Assembly: GCA_951406725.2 (NCBI GenBank) | Contig: OX597820.1 | Location: 110,174,001-110,238,000 of the forward strand | Direction of reading: 5' to 3' | DNA length: 64,000 bases | Source of the DNA: Octopus vulgaris | Taxonomy: Eukaryota | In this document: positions 1 through 11,871 of the stretch, piece after piece | Position numbering within the stretch: the first letter of the stretch is position 1 | How the letters are laid out: every line of letters begins with the position of its first letter | Notes under the pieces: generated by a model | Told to the model about the DNA's origin: nothing | The model's input: only the letters and a program-made list of their open reading frames with translations | Databases searched by the model: none | Made by a program: the position numbers and the translations under genes

Positions 1-377
1 AAGATACAAATATTACAGGCATCCCCCCACATACACACACTAAATAAACATAAACGCATATAGAGATATAAGCATGCGCAAATGAAGACATACAATAGAA
101 ATACAAAATGGCTGATGGTTAGTAAGGAGAGACACAAATAAGAAAGAAGAAAACAAAGGACCACTGATGCGGTCACAGGAGTGTGACGAAAGAACTCTGG
201 CCAAAATAAGATTAAGATTAATGTAAAAAATAAATAACCCTGAAGCAAAATAACACCAAATATATAGTGCGTGTGTTTTTATTGGCTAAACTGGCAAAAT
301 GACCATTCCGAAATATAACAATATCTGTTTCAACACACGACTTCACATAAAAAATCTTGCACAACAAATATTTAAAC

Positions 378-378
<1 letters not shown>
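1..378 (+). mobile_element. Penelope-pLTR-like non-coding element (family A), cut by the window start
   Basis: Closely similar to both arms of the 17700-18198 palindrome. Contains a hammerhead-like motif and ends on a (TA)n tract. Confidence 0.65.
158..202 (+). ncRNA. Minimal type I hammerhead ribozyme motif, family A (A9>C variant)
   Basis: GGACCA-CTGATGC-G-GTCACA-ggag-TGTGAC-GAAA-G-aa-C-TC-TGGCC: stem I, core, stem II, GAAA, a tiny stem III and a CUC cleavage triplet. Confidence 0.6.
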
Positions 379-419
<41 letters not shown>

Positions 420-420
<1 letters not shown>

Positions 421-1234
421 AGTAGGTGAATGAATTATTCTATGTTTATCGTCAGCATGGAAAATTTGTTTAACCGAAACCTGGGTAGCAAATTCACGTC
501 AGAAAACACGGTTGAAGCGACCTGTCAAGGGTAGAAACTCCGGGTTCATGTGTAGAAATTTGTGTGTTGTATATGAATAAATGAAAGAATGGAGTCGAAC
601 GAAGATGTTAACAAAATTCCTTTACTCTCGACAGCATATTTTCATTCCGAAGGAATAAAGGGTGCATTATGCAATCTTCTCATCAGGAAAGAAAGAGAGT
701 CTCTCTCGACAACAAGATAAACAAAATTTCAATGATTGCCTACATGGTAAACAAGGCGATAATGAGTGTTTTTTTTAAAAAATCCGTTAGAAGAATTGAC
801 GTCAAAAATGGATAGTAGGAGGAAGAAAAGGGATAAAGTAATAATAGGTAGGGGACAGTATGCTTGCTGTATGTATGGAAATGTGTGGGTGTGTGCTTGT
901 GTTAATGAGTGCGTGTGTTTGTGTGTGTGTGTGTATGTGTGTGTGTATAATTGCATTTGTGTCTGTGTGTGTGTGAGAGAGAGACAGCCGTCAAAGATAG
1001 ATAGTAGTAAGGGAAGGTATAAAGGAGTAATAGGTAGGGAACAAGTGGAGAGGGAAGTGTACGTTGATTGAAAGAATGTTCGAAGGCTTTCAATGAAAGA
1101 GGTTTCTTTATTTAAATGTTCTTCTGAAGAGATCGTTTATTTGCACTGGTAGAAGGGGAAGATTGTGAAATTTGGTTTGATGTTATCTGCATGTCTTTCT
1201 ATATGTTCACTGAGAGGAATTTGCCTGTATTGCG
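420..1234 (-). mobile_element. Penelope-like retroelement 3' fragment (GIY-YIG C-terminus plus pLTR)
   Basis: Minus-strand 1234-1062 reads [50 protein letters not shown], resembling the PLE endonuclease C-terminus. It is followed by a UTR with a hammerhead-like motif and has TA repeats on both sides. Confidence 0.6.
619..700 (-). ncRNA. Hammerhead-like motif (family B), degenerate
   Basis: The reverse complement reads ctttctttc-CTGATGAG-...-GAAA-atatgctg-TC-gagagtaaagg, with a pairable stem I. Stems II and III are imperfect. Confidence 0.45.
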
Positions 1235-1404
1235 TATGCATATCTATATATGTGTGTGTATGTATATATATGTGTATATATATATGTATGTGTATATGTA
1301 TATATATGTATGTATATGTATATATATATATGTATGTATATATATGTATATATATATGTGTATATATATATATATGTATGTATATATATATATGTGTGTG
1401 TGTG

Positions 1405-1442
<38 letters not shown>
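1235..1442. repeat. (TA)/(TG) compound microsatellite
   Basis: Seen directly. Confidence 0.95.
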
Positions 1443-1445
<3 letters not shown>

Positions 1446-1573
1446 TGTGATCATGTGACCGACCAGACCATCAGATGTTGCTACACATTGCTGGTCACAA
1501 TGCGTTCGCATTGTTTTAGCCTTCGAATGACGCTACCCCACTGGCTAAGCGAGCAGGCCAATATATATATATA

Positions 1574-2484
1574 CTAGCAAATGATCCCTACCCCCATCCA
1601 TTGGACAGTTTGTATAGGTGAAGAGGGTTAACTTGGACAGTGTTATGGACAGGCCATAAGGATTAAAAAAATAACAATTCTCACTTTGAAACCAATAATT
1701 TTGAAAATCTTTTTAGATTACAGAACATGAGTATTCTCATTACATGAGTATTCTCATGTATCCATGTTTTAAATTTCAGCGTGATCGAATGAACAATACT
1801 CAAGTTATAAGCACACAAAAAACAGACAGACAGAACAGGATTTATATATTAGATGAGCCAATGAGGGTGACCTGTACATGGTAGCCAGACCTGGTACAAA
1901 TAACAGCCAAATCTCCCTCAAATCATATCTTACTGTCTTATGTATGTATATATGTATGTATGAGCCAATAAGGGAGACCTCTACATGGTAGCTAGATCTG
2001 GTAGAAATAGCAACCAAATCTCCCTCAAAACACCCTACTGTCTTACGTATGTATATATGTATGTATTAACCATTCTTTGGCTTTTTGCATTTGATAACTG
2101 TTGCTTTAAGTTAGATAATTGTATTGAGCTCTCTACATATAAAGAGGGGTGGACAGAGAGAGAGAGAGAGAAGAAAATAGACAGCATAGCGACAGTTTTG
2201 GCTGACTATCATCCTGTACTCCCCTTGTTGCCAGCTTATTTGTGTGTGCCAGCTGTCTTAGCAACTCATTGCTTTTAATGAATTTCATGACGAAAGAAAT
2301 AGGACAAAAAGATTACATAAATTGTGATTCTCACTTTGAAACTGACAATTCTGAAAATCTTTTTAGATTACGGAACGCCCTGCTCTCTGATATATCCATG
2401 TTTAAAATTTCTGCATGATTGGATGAACAATACTTGAGTTATAAGTGCACAAACAGACAGACAGAATGGGATTTATATATTAGA
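1574..2484 (-). mobile_element. Non-autonomous Helitron-like element(s) with two 5' ends
   Basis: CTAG at 1574-1577. The minus-strand TCTAATATATAAATCC start occurs at 1853 and again at 2484, and ~1675-1853 is repeated at ~2325-2484. Confidence 0.55.
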
Positions 2485-2508
2485 TATATATGTATATTTA
2501 TATATGTA

Positions 2509-2558
<50 letters not shown>

Positions 2559-2612
2559 CATATATATATATAGATTTATATATATATGTATGCATATATA
2601 TATATATATATA

Positions 2613-3595
2613 TCTACTACATATGTGGAAAATCGGTGTGTGTTTGTTTGTGGCATTGTTACGTAACTCCTCCTACATCATTTTATTGATTTTGATGAAA
2701 CTTGACATGTGAGTAGAACTTATGCCTGGAAACCTCGTGACATACTTAGATTGTTGAAAAAACCGATAATATGGCCCCTGGTAGGGATCTTTATATATAC
2801 CTTATATAACTTTTTTTTTAAATACCCAAGGGAAATAACTCATACAACCTACATTATTTTGGTTTAAAACACTGAAGGGAAATAACCTATTTCATTGTTT
2901 ATGTTCTATTACTTTAAACCAATAATCAGCTGACCTAATTCTGCATTTCACTACTCACAGTTTTGAACAGCTAAACATTATTATTGCACTTCCTTAATTT
3001 GAATCTTAAACCTTCAATCTTCATTCATACATTTCTATATATACATACTTTTTTGAATGCCCATTACTCTGATAATTCTGCATTTTTACAATTACACTTT
3101 CTCCATGACAGTAGATAATTTGTAGTGGCTTCATGCAGGCATAGCATGGATTTGATCCTCAATTGCCAAATTTCACTTAACACAACAGCGCTTTTCTCAT
3201 AGTAAAACAATACTTTTTCTATGAATGACAGCAGTTATACATTTCTCAGATGCCTCCACTAAGCAGAATAATGTCTTTGCCACTTAACCCTTCTAACCTC
3301 TTCTATGCCACCAAGGGGCTGCAATAGAGATAAGAGACTTCAACGAAATCAAATCATTTGTTCTCAACAATATGTCTTTCTTTCTGGCTGCTTTTTGATA
3401 GTTATAAAAACAAGAACTCCGTAAGATAAATGCTGTTTCTGACAGCAGCCACCAGTGAGTGTGAATGTTATCATTGCACTTTCTTCTAACACTTCATTCA
3501 TATATTTCTATACATATATTACCTTTAATAAATTAGCCTTCATAAAGTTCACATTTAAAATGCCACGAGTCAGAGTACAACTGGGTGCTTCAACT
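2613..3595 (+). mobile_element. Decayed Helitron-like element
   Basis: Starts A|TCTACTACATAT followed by gtgtgtgtttgtttg...aactcctcc...gattttgatgaaact, typical of Helitron 5' ends. A degenerate GC-rich subterminal segment lies near 3562-3592. The end point is uncertain. Confidence 0.4.
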
Positions 3596-3849
3596 TCACA
3601 AGCTGCTCTAATGCGACAACGGTGATCTCAAGTTAAGTCTCTGATTCATTATGTTTCATATTTACAAAATAAAGCAATTATTCTTCGTCTAAGTACATAC
3701 ATTTTTCATTCCACAAAATATTTCATAAGTTTGTCCCAGTACAATGAACTCATACGGTGAATGCTTAAAATTCTTAAAAAATGAAGCCAAACTTCGACAC
3801 TACACTGACTCATGACACCCTGTATCAGTTATACTTATTTTATAAAACA

Positions 3850-4730
3850 CTAGCAGTATCGCCCGGCATTGCTCGGGTTTGTAAGGGAAATAGCTATATA
3901 AGCATTTTTAGAGAGTTATAGCAAAAAAATGCATTAAAAATGGAATAAAAAATTATGGTAATTTTTTTTTTTAAATCGTTGACTCATCATAGACATTTTT
4001 AGTTACTTCCCTTATATAATAGCGAAAAATGCATTTAAATGGAAAAAATGATGGTAAATTTTTTTTAAATCGTAGACTCATCGTAGACGCGCGCTAATAC
4101 CCAGAAGGGCTCGATATGAATCACGACTATAAGATACCCGGTTTTGGTTAAACTGCACCGCAAAATGTGGGAGTAGTTAGGAATCTAAATCGTAGGAGAC
4201 AGACACACAACTTCACTTTTATATATAAAGATTTGTGCAACAACTAAAACATTCGGTTGTGCAAATTGTTTGCACAGGAAACCTGCCCTGTGTGGCAGTT
4301 TTTGCCGTTTTTGTGGATCTGTTTCAGCATTTTTAGCGATTTCTGTTTTGGCGACTTCAAGCCATGAAGTCGTTGTTCTAAAAGAACGCTGGTCTCCTTG
4401 ACAACGCTTTACGACGTTGATTTCCTTACACTCCCTTCCCCACAGCTTCACGAGGGAGGGAAGACGGGGGAGAAGCAACACAGGTGCAGGTGTGAGCATG
4501 GACGCCAACTCCGCCGCCATCGACACACGAAAAAATATGCGTTAAAATGGAAAAAAATTATGGTAAACTATTTTTAAAATCGTAGACTCATCGTAGACGC
4601 GCGCTAATACCCAGACGGGCTCGATATGATACCCGAATTTGGTGAAACTGCACCGAAAAATGTGGGAGTAGTTAGGAATCTAAATCGTAGGAGACAGACA
4701 CTCACACAACTTCACTTTTATATATATAGA
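3850..4730 (-). mobile_element. Young non-autonomous Helitron, compound (two 5' ends, one 3' end)
   Basis: The minus-strand 3' end is a CCCGAGCAATGCCGGG hairpin followed by CTAG|T at 3850. 5' TC starts lie at 4231 (TCTTTATATATAAAAGTG) and 4730 (TCTATATATATAAAAGTG). ~4025-4231 is duplicated at ~4530-4730. Confidence 0.8.
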
Positions 4731-5163
4731 TAATATTTTTTGCTTATTTACAGTTCATACAACATTTTGATGAATGTCTGTTCTAATTCAATATCTAAAC
4801 AGTTATATATATATATTGCTGTAATTCACAATCTTCCAGGTCAAAATTTTTAGTTCTAAACCTCATGAATCACTTATGAACAGTATTTTCAGCTGTGACA
4901 CCATTTCCATAAACAACACTGCTGTTTGTGCAGTGTTTTTCCTTTCCAGAAATAAAAGAGCATTAAATGATGAAAATGTGTTTCATTTTCCTTCATTTTC
5001 AATTTTATCATAAGAACATTATAAGTAAATAATCCACACAAAGTTCAAACAGAAAAATGTATTGAGATCTCCTCTTTCAGAAAATATATATATATGTCAT
5101 ATATTCCTGTCATGTGATTAAACATCACCAATTGAAAAAACTATGAACTTTTTTACCAACCGA

Positions 5164-5209
<46 letters not shown>

Positions 5210-6159
5210 AAAATAGTCTAAGGGTAAGATGAAAAAAATTATTTCACCAATTGACATCTATACAATGATGATTGTTTTGCAGTCATATAAAAACAATTTA
5301 TTTTATTGTATAATAGATAAATAAATTATAAATTATTTTGCATGCCTGTATTATTGTATATGATATAAATTATATAATTCTGTCATGTAATATATAAATT
5401 AATACAGGTATAAAGACTTTCTTGTTAGGTCACTGAATATCATAGTCATTATACTTATCTTTCATCACCTCAGTACTTATATATATAGAAATGCAGAGAG
5501 TCAGCATTCAAATATTGATATATAGAAGACAATAAGCAATAAAATTAATAAAACAGTTTGCTATTGAAGGGAGGATGGAGATTTAGCAAGATATTAAAAA
5601 GTAAACACTGAACTATGGTGGTGGTAGAAAGTAAGATATATATGGAACATTATATCTTTATCTTTAATAACCTAAAAGTAAAAAGTTTGGATTTATGATG
5701 TGGTTTGTAGCTGGATCCATTAAAGAGCTTTTTTTTTATGAGTACCACTAGATTAGTTGAATCCATATATTGTCCATTAAATTTATATTATTATATATAT
5801 GATAAGTTACAAGTGCAGTTTAGGTTTCTGCCAACCAACCATTTCAATGATTTTACCAAGGTTTGGAATACAGGAAGTATCTGTGCAGATGAATAATTTT
5901 CAGTGGATGTAGCTTGCACTACCCCCACTATTGGCCCAAGAAGACTTTCACCGGTGTGACATGGAAATTGACAAAACAGGAACTTCCAAGGCCTCAGGTT
6001 TTATTTCAAAGATTTCCTTCTCCTGGGTAGATTACCAACCAAGGTTAAAGGGTTTCTACCTCCCCATGTAGTTCAAATTTACAGAAAACAAAAGACAAAG
6101 ACAAATGGGGAAACAACAAGCAGGTTTATTACTTTGACACTTGAGAAGAATGGAAAAAT

Positions 6160-6195
6160 CTTTGATGTTTCAAGCCTATGCTCTTCAACAGAAAG
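6160..6195 (-). ncRNA. Hammerhead-like motif (family C) in a short pLTR-like repeat at ~6078-6268
   Basis: The reverse complement reads CTTT-CTGTTGA-A-GAGC-atag-GCTT-GAAA-CA-TC-AAAG. The core has an A6>U change. Confidence 0.45.
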
Positions 6196-6270
6196 GGTTG
6201 AGAGGAAAGAAATGGAGAGAGAAAAACAGTGCGTAGGGATTAATGGTTCAATATGATGAAATGACCCATA

Positions 6271-6338
<68 letters not shown>

Positions 6339-7191
6339 TATGTATATTTATACATACATATATATATATATGTATTTATACACACATTCATGCATACTTA
6401 CACACACACACACATATATATATAAGGCAGTGAGCTGGTAGAATTGCTAGTGCATCAAATAAAATACTTAGCATTGTTTCTGTCTCACTACATCCTGAGT
6501 TTAAATTCTGCTCAGGAATGTGTTTGTGTATGTATGTGTATGTATATATATATATATATATATATATACATACATACACACAGACACACATGTACATATA
6601 TGCACAGATATGTACTTCCATGCATCCAGCAAAGAAGGCCATTGCAGGCATCTCTTTGAGATTGACTTGACTGCTATGAGGTTTAGAGTAAAAATCAATT
6701 GAAACACTGACAACACAACTCAGCTCATTAGAGGATTAAGTTCATTTTATAAGAAGCTATAAACAATATAACAAATAGGAAAAGTCCTTGAGAGGGACTA
6801 ATTAATAGCTGGCAGCCAGTTTTGTCATCACAAAGAATCCTTGACATTTGCATGTCTCTTAGTAGTAACATGTATAAAAATCTGCTAATCAATAGATTTA
6901 TCTAAGTCATTTTCGTGGATATGTATGTGTGCATATGTGTATGTTCATGTGTGTGTGTATGTCTGTGTGCATGTGTGATCATTTAACCTCCACATTGCAT
7001 GCTGTCATGGGCTGGAAAGTTTGATAGGATCTAATAGGCTCAACTGCACCCTGCTCCATTTTCTGCTTTGGCATGGCTTCTAAGGCTTGGATGCCCTCAC
7101 AGTGAGAGTAAAGACAAAAACACATATAAAAATATTTCATTTGCAGTCACCCATTAAAAAGTATAGCTCTAACTCTGTAGATACTAAAATA

Positions 7192-8447
7192 TCAGGTCAA
7201 CCCATAAGTTCTGTCTGATTTTACCTCTTTTAAAATTGAATGAAATTTAATAGTATTTTAGAATATCTAATAGAATTAAAAATTATTTTTATGCATTTGT
7301 GTACATTAAAACTTAATAAATATTATTTTACAGAATAATAGAATTAAAATTTCTTTGATTAAAACCCTTTCTAACATGGAAGTATCCAAAAAGCATTTGA
7401 GGCACATAATGCTTTATGAGTACAAAAAAGGAAACTCTGCAGCCGAAGCACTCGGTTTATGGGAAAGACTGGTTGAATGAAAGAACTTGCAGAAGATGAT
7501 TTGCAAAATTCAGAAGTGGAGATTTCAGCCTTGAAGATGAAGATAGAACAGGACGTCCAGTTGAGTTTGATGATAAGCTCCTTTTGGCATTACTTGATGA
7601 AAATCTTGCATTATCAATTGAAGAATTGGCAATAAAGTTTAGTTCAAACCATACAACTGTTCATCATCGTCTTCAACAACTTGGAAAAGTCCCTATACTT
7701 GGAAAATAGGTGCCTCGTGAATTGTCCAAAAGCAACTGCAAATCCCGAGTTGACATCTGCTCTTCTCTCCATTCTCACAAACTCATTTCACCCTTTTTGG
7801 ATAGACTTGTGAGTGGTGACAAAAAATGAATCTTCTATCGAAATGTTAAATGTCATAAACAATGGCTTGGTAAAAGGGAAAAAGCTCAACCACAACCAAG
7901 AAGGGAACTTCATGGGAAAAAGGTTCTTCTCTCTATGTGGTGGAATTGCAAAGGAGTAATTCACTTTGAATTGTTACCACCTAATGCAACAATCAATGCT
8001 CAAGTCTGCTGTCAGCAATTAGAGCATTTGAACCAAGCTTTCAAGAAAAAAAGACCTGCTTTAGTGTGATGTTTCATCAGGACAATGTGCGACCCCACAC
8101 TGCAAAGATCACATCACAGAAGATTGAAGAGCTTGGTTCAGAAAAAATTCCTCATCCACCATTATTCTCCCGACTTTGCTCCTTTAGACTAGTTTCGTAG
8201 TTTACAGAATCATTTGGGGGACATAACTTTCACAAGCCAGGAGGAGGTCAAAACTGACATTTCAGAGTTCTTCTCTTTGAAACCAAAAGAGTTTTACATT
8301 AATGGGATTAAAAAGCTTGTAAATAGATGGAAGGAAGTCATAGATAATCAGGGAAAGTACATTGATGATTAAATTTTAATTAAATATAACATTTGATCAC
8401 TTGTTTTCTGTATTCAAAATTCGGACAGAACTTCTGGGATGACCTCA
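7192..8447 (+). mobile_element. Full-length mariner (Tc1/mariner) DNA transposon, decayed
   Basis: Imperfect TIRs tcaggtcaacccataagttctgtctga / tcggacagaacttctgggatgacctca, TA on both sides, 1256 bp long. Confidence 0.92.
7376..8372 (+). pseudogene. Mariner transposase pseudogene
   Basis: MEVSKKHLRHIMLYEYKKG..., (W)VPREL, LVSGDKK*IFY, HQDNVRPH, HPPYSPDFAP, ending YIDD*. Contains stops and frameshifts. Confidence 0.92.
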
Positions 8448-8483
8448 TATATGGTTGGTATAAACAATAAAACAACAATAATA

Positions 8484-8525
<42 letters not shown>

Positions 8526-8603
8526 GTGATGGTGATGATGAAATAGTAATGATGATAATAATAATAATAATGAAATAGTAATGATGATAATAATAATAAT
8601 AAT

Positions 8604-11340
8604 GCCTGGGATGAAGACAAAAGAACTGTGAATTGGGACTTAATTCCAGAGCAATATTTGGATGAAGATACGGGACTAACTGACACTCATCTGTCTCCTA
8701 GTGAAGCACAACTTATGGGTAGTAAGAGTTCTGCAGTCTTGGTTGACAATCTTGCTAGAGTTGGTGTCTTGATGAAAATACTGGTTGATGGCTAACCTTA
8801 AAATACAAACCTCATTGTTGAGTGGAAATGTCTGATACAAATGTATCAAATAATAGTGCTAATGAGGCTGGAACCAAAGGTAAAGGCCTTTCACCTGGCA
8901 GGTGCCCTGTGGTTGAGCAGCACAGGCCCAGTCATCATCTAGAGATTGCTTGTACACAAAGCCAGAAACAGAGAAAAAGGTGGGGTCAGGAGGCAAACTG
9001 AACAGTAATTGAATGCTGAATCAGGAATGAACTCAGTAGACGGAGATTCTGACAATGAATGAAAGGAAAATGGAATGAAATAGGACTCTTTGATATAAGT
9101 GAGCAATGGTTAGCCGACCAGGCAAGAGCAATAAGAACAAAAAGTTGGTTTACAGACATAGAAATTGAAGAGATCAAAAGGAAAGTAGAAAATAAAAATA
9201 ATACTTCACCAACAGATACATTGTTCAGTGAGAGCAGAAAAATGAATGGTGGCAGTAAAGACAGAGCAAAGTGCAAATGTAAATGCATTCTTAGCAAATA
9301 AAGCAAAAGTAATAGGAAGGCCTATAGCACAAGAATATGATGATGACCAACAAGATACAGTGAGGATGCTGAGCCAATATATTTGGGAAGACCAGGATCA
9401 AGCACCCCCTCCCCCTGTCTAATCTGAGGTACATTGATTGATGCAAGTTCAAAGTTGAAACTGAAAAGATAGATTCAGTCTAGATGAGAAATATAACTGA
9501 AACAAACAAGATTATTTGAGCTGCAGCTCTGGTTGCTGCAGATAAAGTTGGATACAAAAGAAGAGAACAAACAGAATGTAAAGAACTATTCTGACGTAGA
9601 CAAATTTGTGAGAAACAAAGTTAAAAAGACATTTAGGACAAATTGATAGATTGAGTAGAGAGTAATTGCAGAATGGAAGCATAAGAATAATGCTGGAAAG
9701 AACATATAGAATAAGAGATAAAGGGTATGATGTGATATTGGAAGAATTGAAACAAAGAGTAGGAGCAATCAAAGCAAAACTGGAAAGATATGACAATAGA
9801 ACAAAACAATTCAGGCAAAATGGTTTGTTTGAAGCAAATCAGAAGAAAGGGTTTCAGGAACTAGATGGGCAATTACACTTAACAATGATACCAGATGCAG
9901 AGGAAAGCAGGGCATTCTGGAGAGGGATCTGGAACCAACCTGTAGAGCATTATGATAGAGTGAAATCCAAGATAGGTTAAAAAATATAGAAGGCCAAGAA
10001 GATAACTAGAGAAATTATCAAAAAGCAGTTAAAAAAGTTTCCAAATTGGAAGTGCCCAGGACTGGATGGAGTCCAAGGTTATTGGATTAAGAATCTGAGA
10101 GGGCTCCATGAAAGGATAGCGCAACAGCTAGATGAGTGCTTGCAGAAAAGTGCAGTACCCAGGTGGATGACAAAGGGAAAGATATTGTTGTGTGCCAAGG
10201 ATCCTGAAAAAGGGAATGCTGCATCCAACTTTAGACCAACAACATTCTTTTTGCTAACGTGGAAACTAATGTCAGGTGCTTTGGCTGGTGAACTGACAAA
10301 CAGTGGGCTGCTACATATTGAACTGAAAGGATGCCCAAGGACAAGGTGGGGAACAAAGGATCAGCTCTTAATTGATAATCTAATTATCAGGAACTGCAAG
10401 AGAAGACACACAAACCTGAGCATTGCATAGGTTGACTATTGTAAAGCATATGATATGATACCACACTCCTGGATAATAAAAGCAATGGAAATGTATGGAG
10501 TAGCAGAAAATATGAGAAGCTTTACATGGAGTAGCATGAAATGTTGGAGAAAGAAATTGACAGCAAGTATTAGGAGAGGTGAAAATCAAGAGAGATATCT
10601 TCCAGGGAAACAGTGTGTTCCCACTGATCTTCATGCTGGGAATGATCTCCCTGAGTGAAATGCCACAGAAAACAAAGTTGGGGTATGATCTGGGAAGAGG
10701 TAAGGGAAAACTGAACCACTTACTATTCATGGATGACCTGAAGCTTCTCACAAAAACTGGACAGCCTAGTCTAGTCTGTGTAGATTTTCTCCAATGATAT
10801 TAAGATAGAGTTTGAACTCTGAAAATGTGCTATGATGGTAATGAGATGAGGAAAGCTTTTCAGAACAGAAGGCATATAGTTGCCAAATGGTGAAATGATA
10901 AAGGAAATTCAACCTCATTCCAGCTATAAATGCTTGGGAATACTTGAGACAGATGGAATCAAACACATTTCAATGTTAGGAATGAGCAAGTGTCTCCTCT
11001 GTACTGTGTCTGCAATAGAGTGGATGAAACCATTGCCCATATCATGAACGAATGCCCTATACTTGCCCAAAACAAGTTATGGCAACACAATCAGGTAGCA
11101 AATGTGCTACATTGGAAACTGCAAAAAGTGGGGGCTAGGGAGAGGCAAGACATGGTATGAGCACAAATCACAAAGCAGAGTGGAGTCAGAGACCAGCAAA
11201 ATCTGGGACTTCTCAATCCAAACAGAGTAGGTGCTAGGGCATAACAGACCGGACCTAGTGGTGGTGGACAAGGTGCACCATATATGGTATGTTGCTGATG
11301 CTGCATGACCCCATTTGACCCTCAAAGATAGGGAGCAGGA
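8604..11340 (+). mobile_element. R4/Dong-like non-LTR retrotransposon (RT plus CCHC plus RLE), decayed and 3'-truncated
   Basis: Fragments SEQWLADQARAI, NWKCPGLDGVQGYWIK, DYCKAYDMIPHSWI, IFQGNS, HLLFMDDLKL, ETIAHIMNECP and HNRPDLVVVDK. The 5' flank is an (AAT)n tract, the kind of target known for Dong. Confidence 0.85.
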
Positions 11341-11836
11341 TAATTGAGAAAGAGAAAGAGAAAGAAAGGCAAAGAGGAGGAAAATGATAGATAGAGAGAG
11401 AGAGAGAGGTTTCTTTTCAATTATAATTGAAAAGAAACCTCTCCCTCTCTGAATATCTTTTTTCTTTCTCCTTCTCAATTGTCTTGCTCCCTATCTTCTC
11501 TTTCTCTCTTTCTCCAAAAAACAAAATTTTCTCCTCTTCTAAACAAAACAAAAAACATCCGTTTTTTGATTCATATAAAAAAAAAAATGATTAAACATTC
11601 TGTTTCTATTATTTTTGTTCAATTTTTCTTGAAGAATTTGGTTAATTGAATGAAAGCACTAATAAAGAATTATCCAAAATTCTGACTGCCTCTTTTTTCT
11701 TTTTTATATATATACAGACAGATACATTTTTCCATAACTACAATGGTGCAAAAACAAGTGACAATAATAAAATGGCTAACTACTTATGTTGGAATGTCAC
11801 CAAGTAGAATCTTTGGGAAATGGGTCAAATTTGATT

Positions 11837-11871
<35 letters not shown>

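Noticed and set aside
5870-6072. RTE-like 5' UTR possibly containing an HDV-like ribozyme
   Set aside because: It resembles an RTE 5' UTR on the minus strand, but I could not build the nested double pseudoknot by eye.
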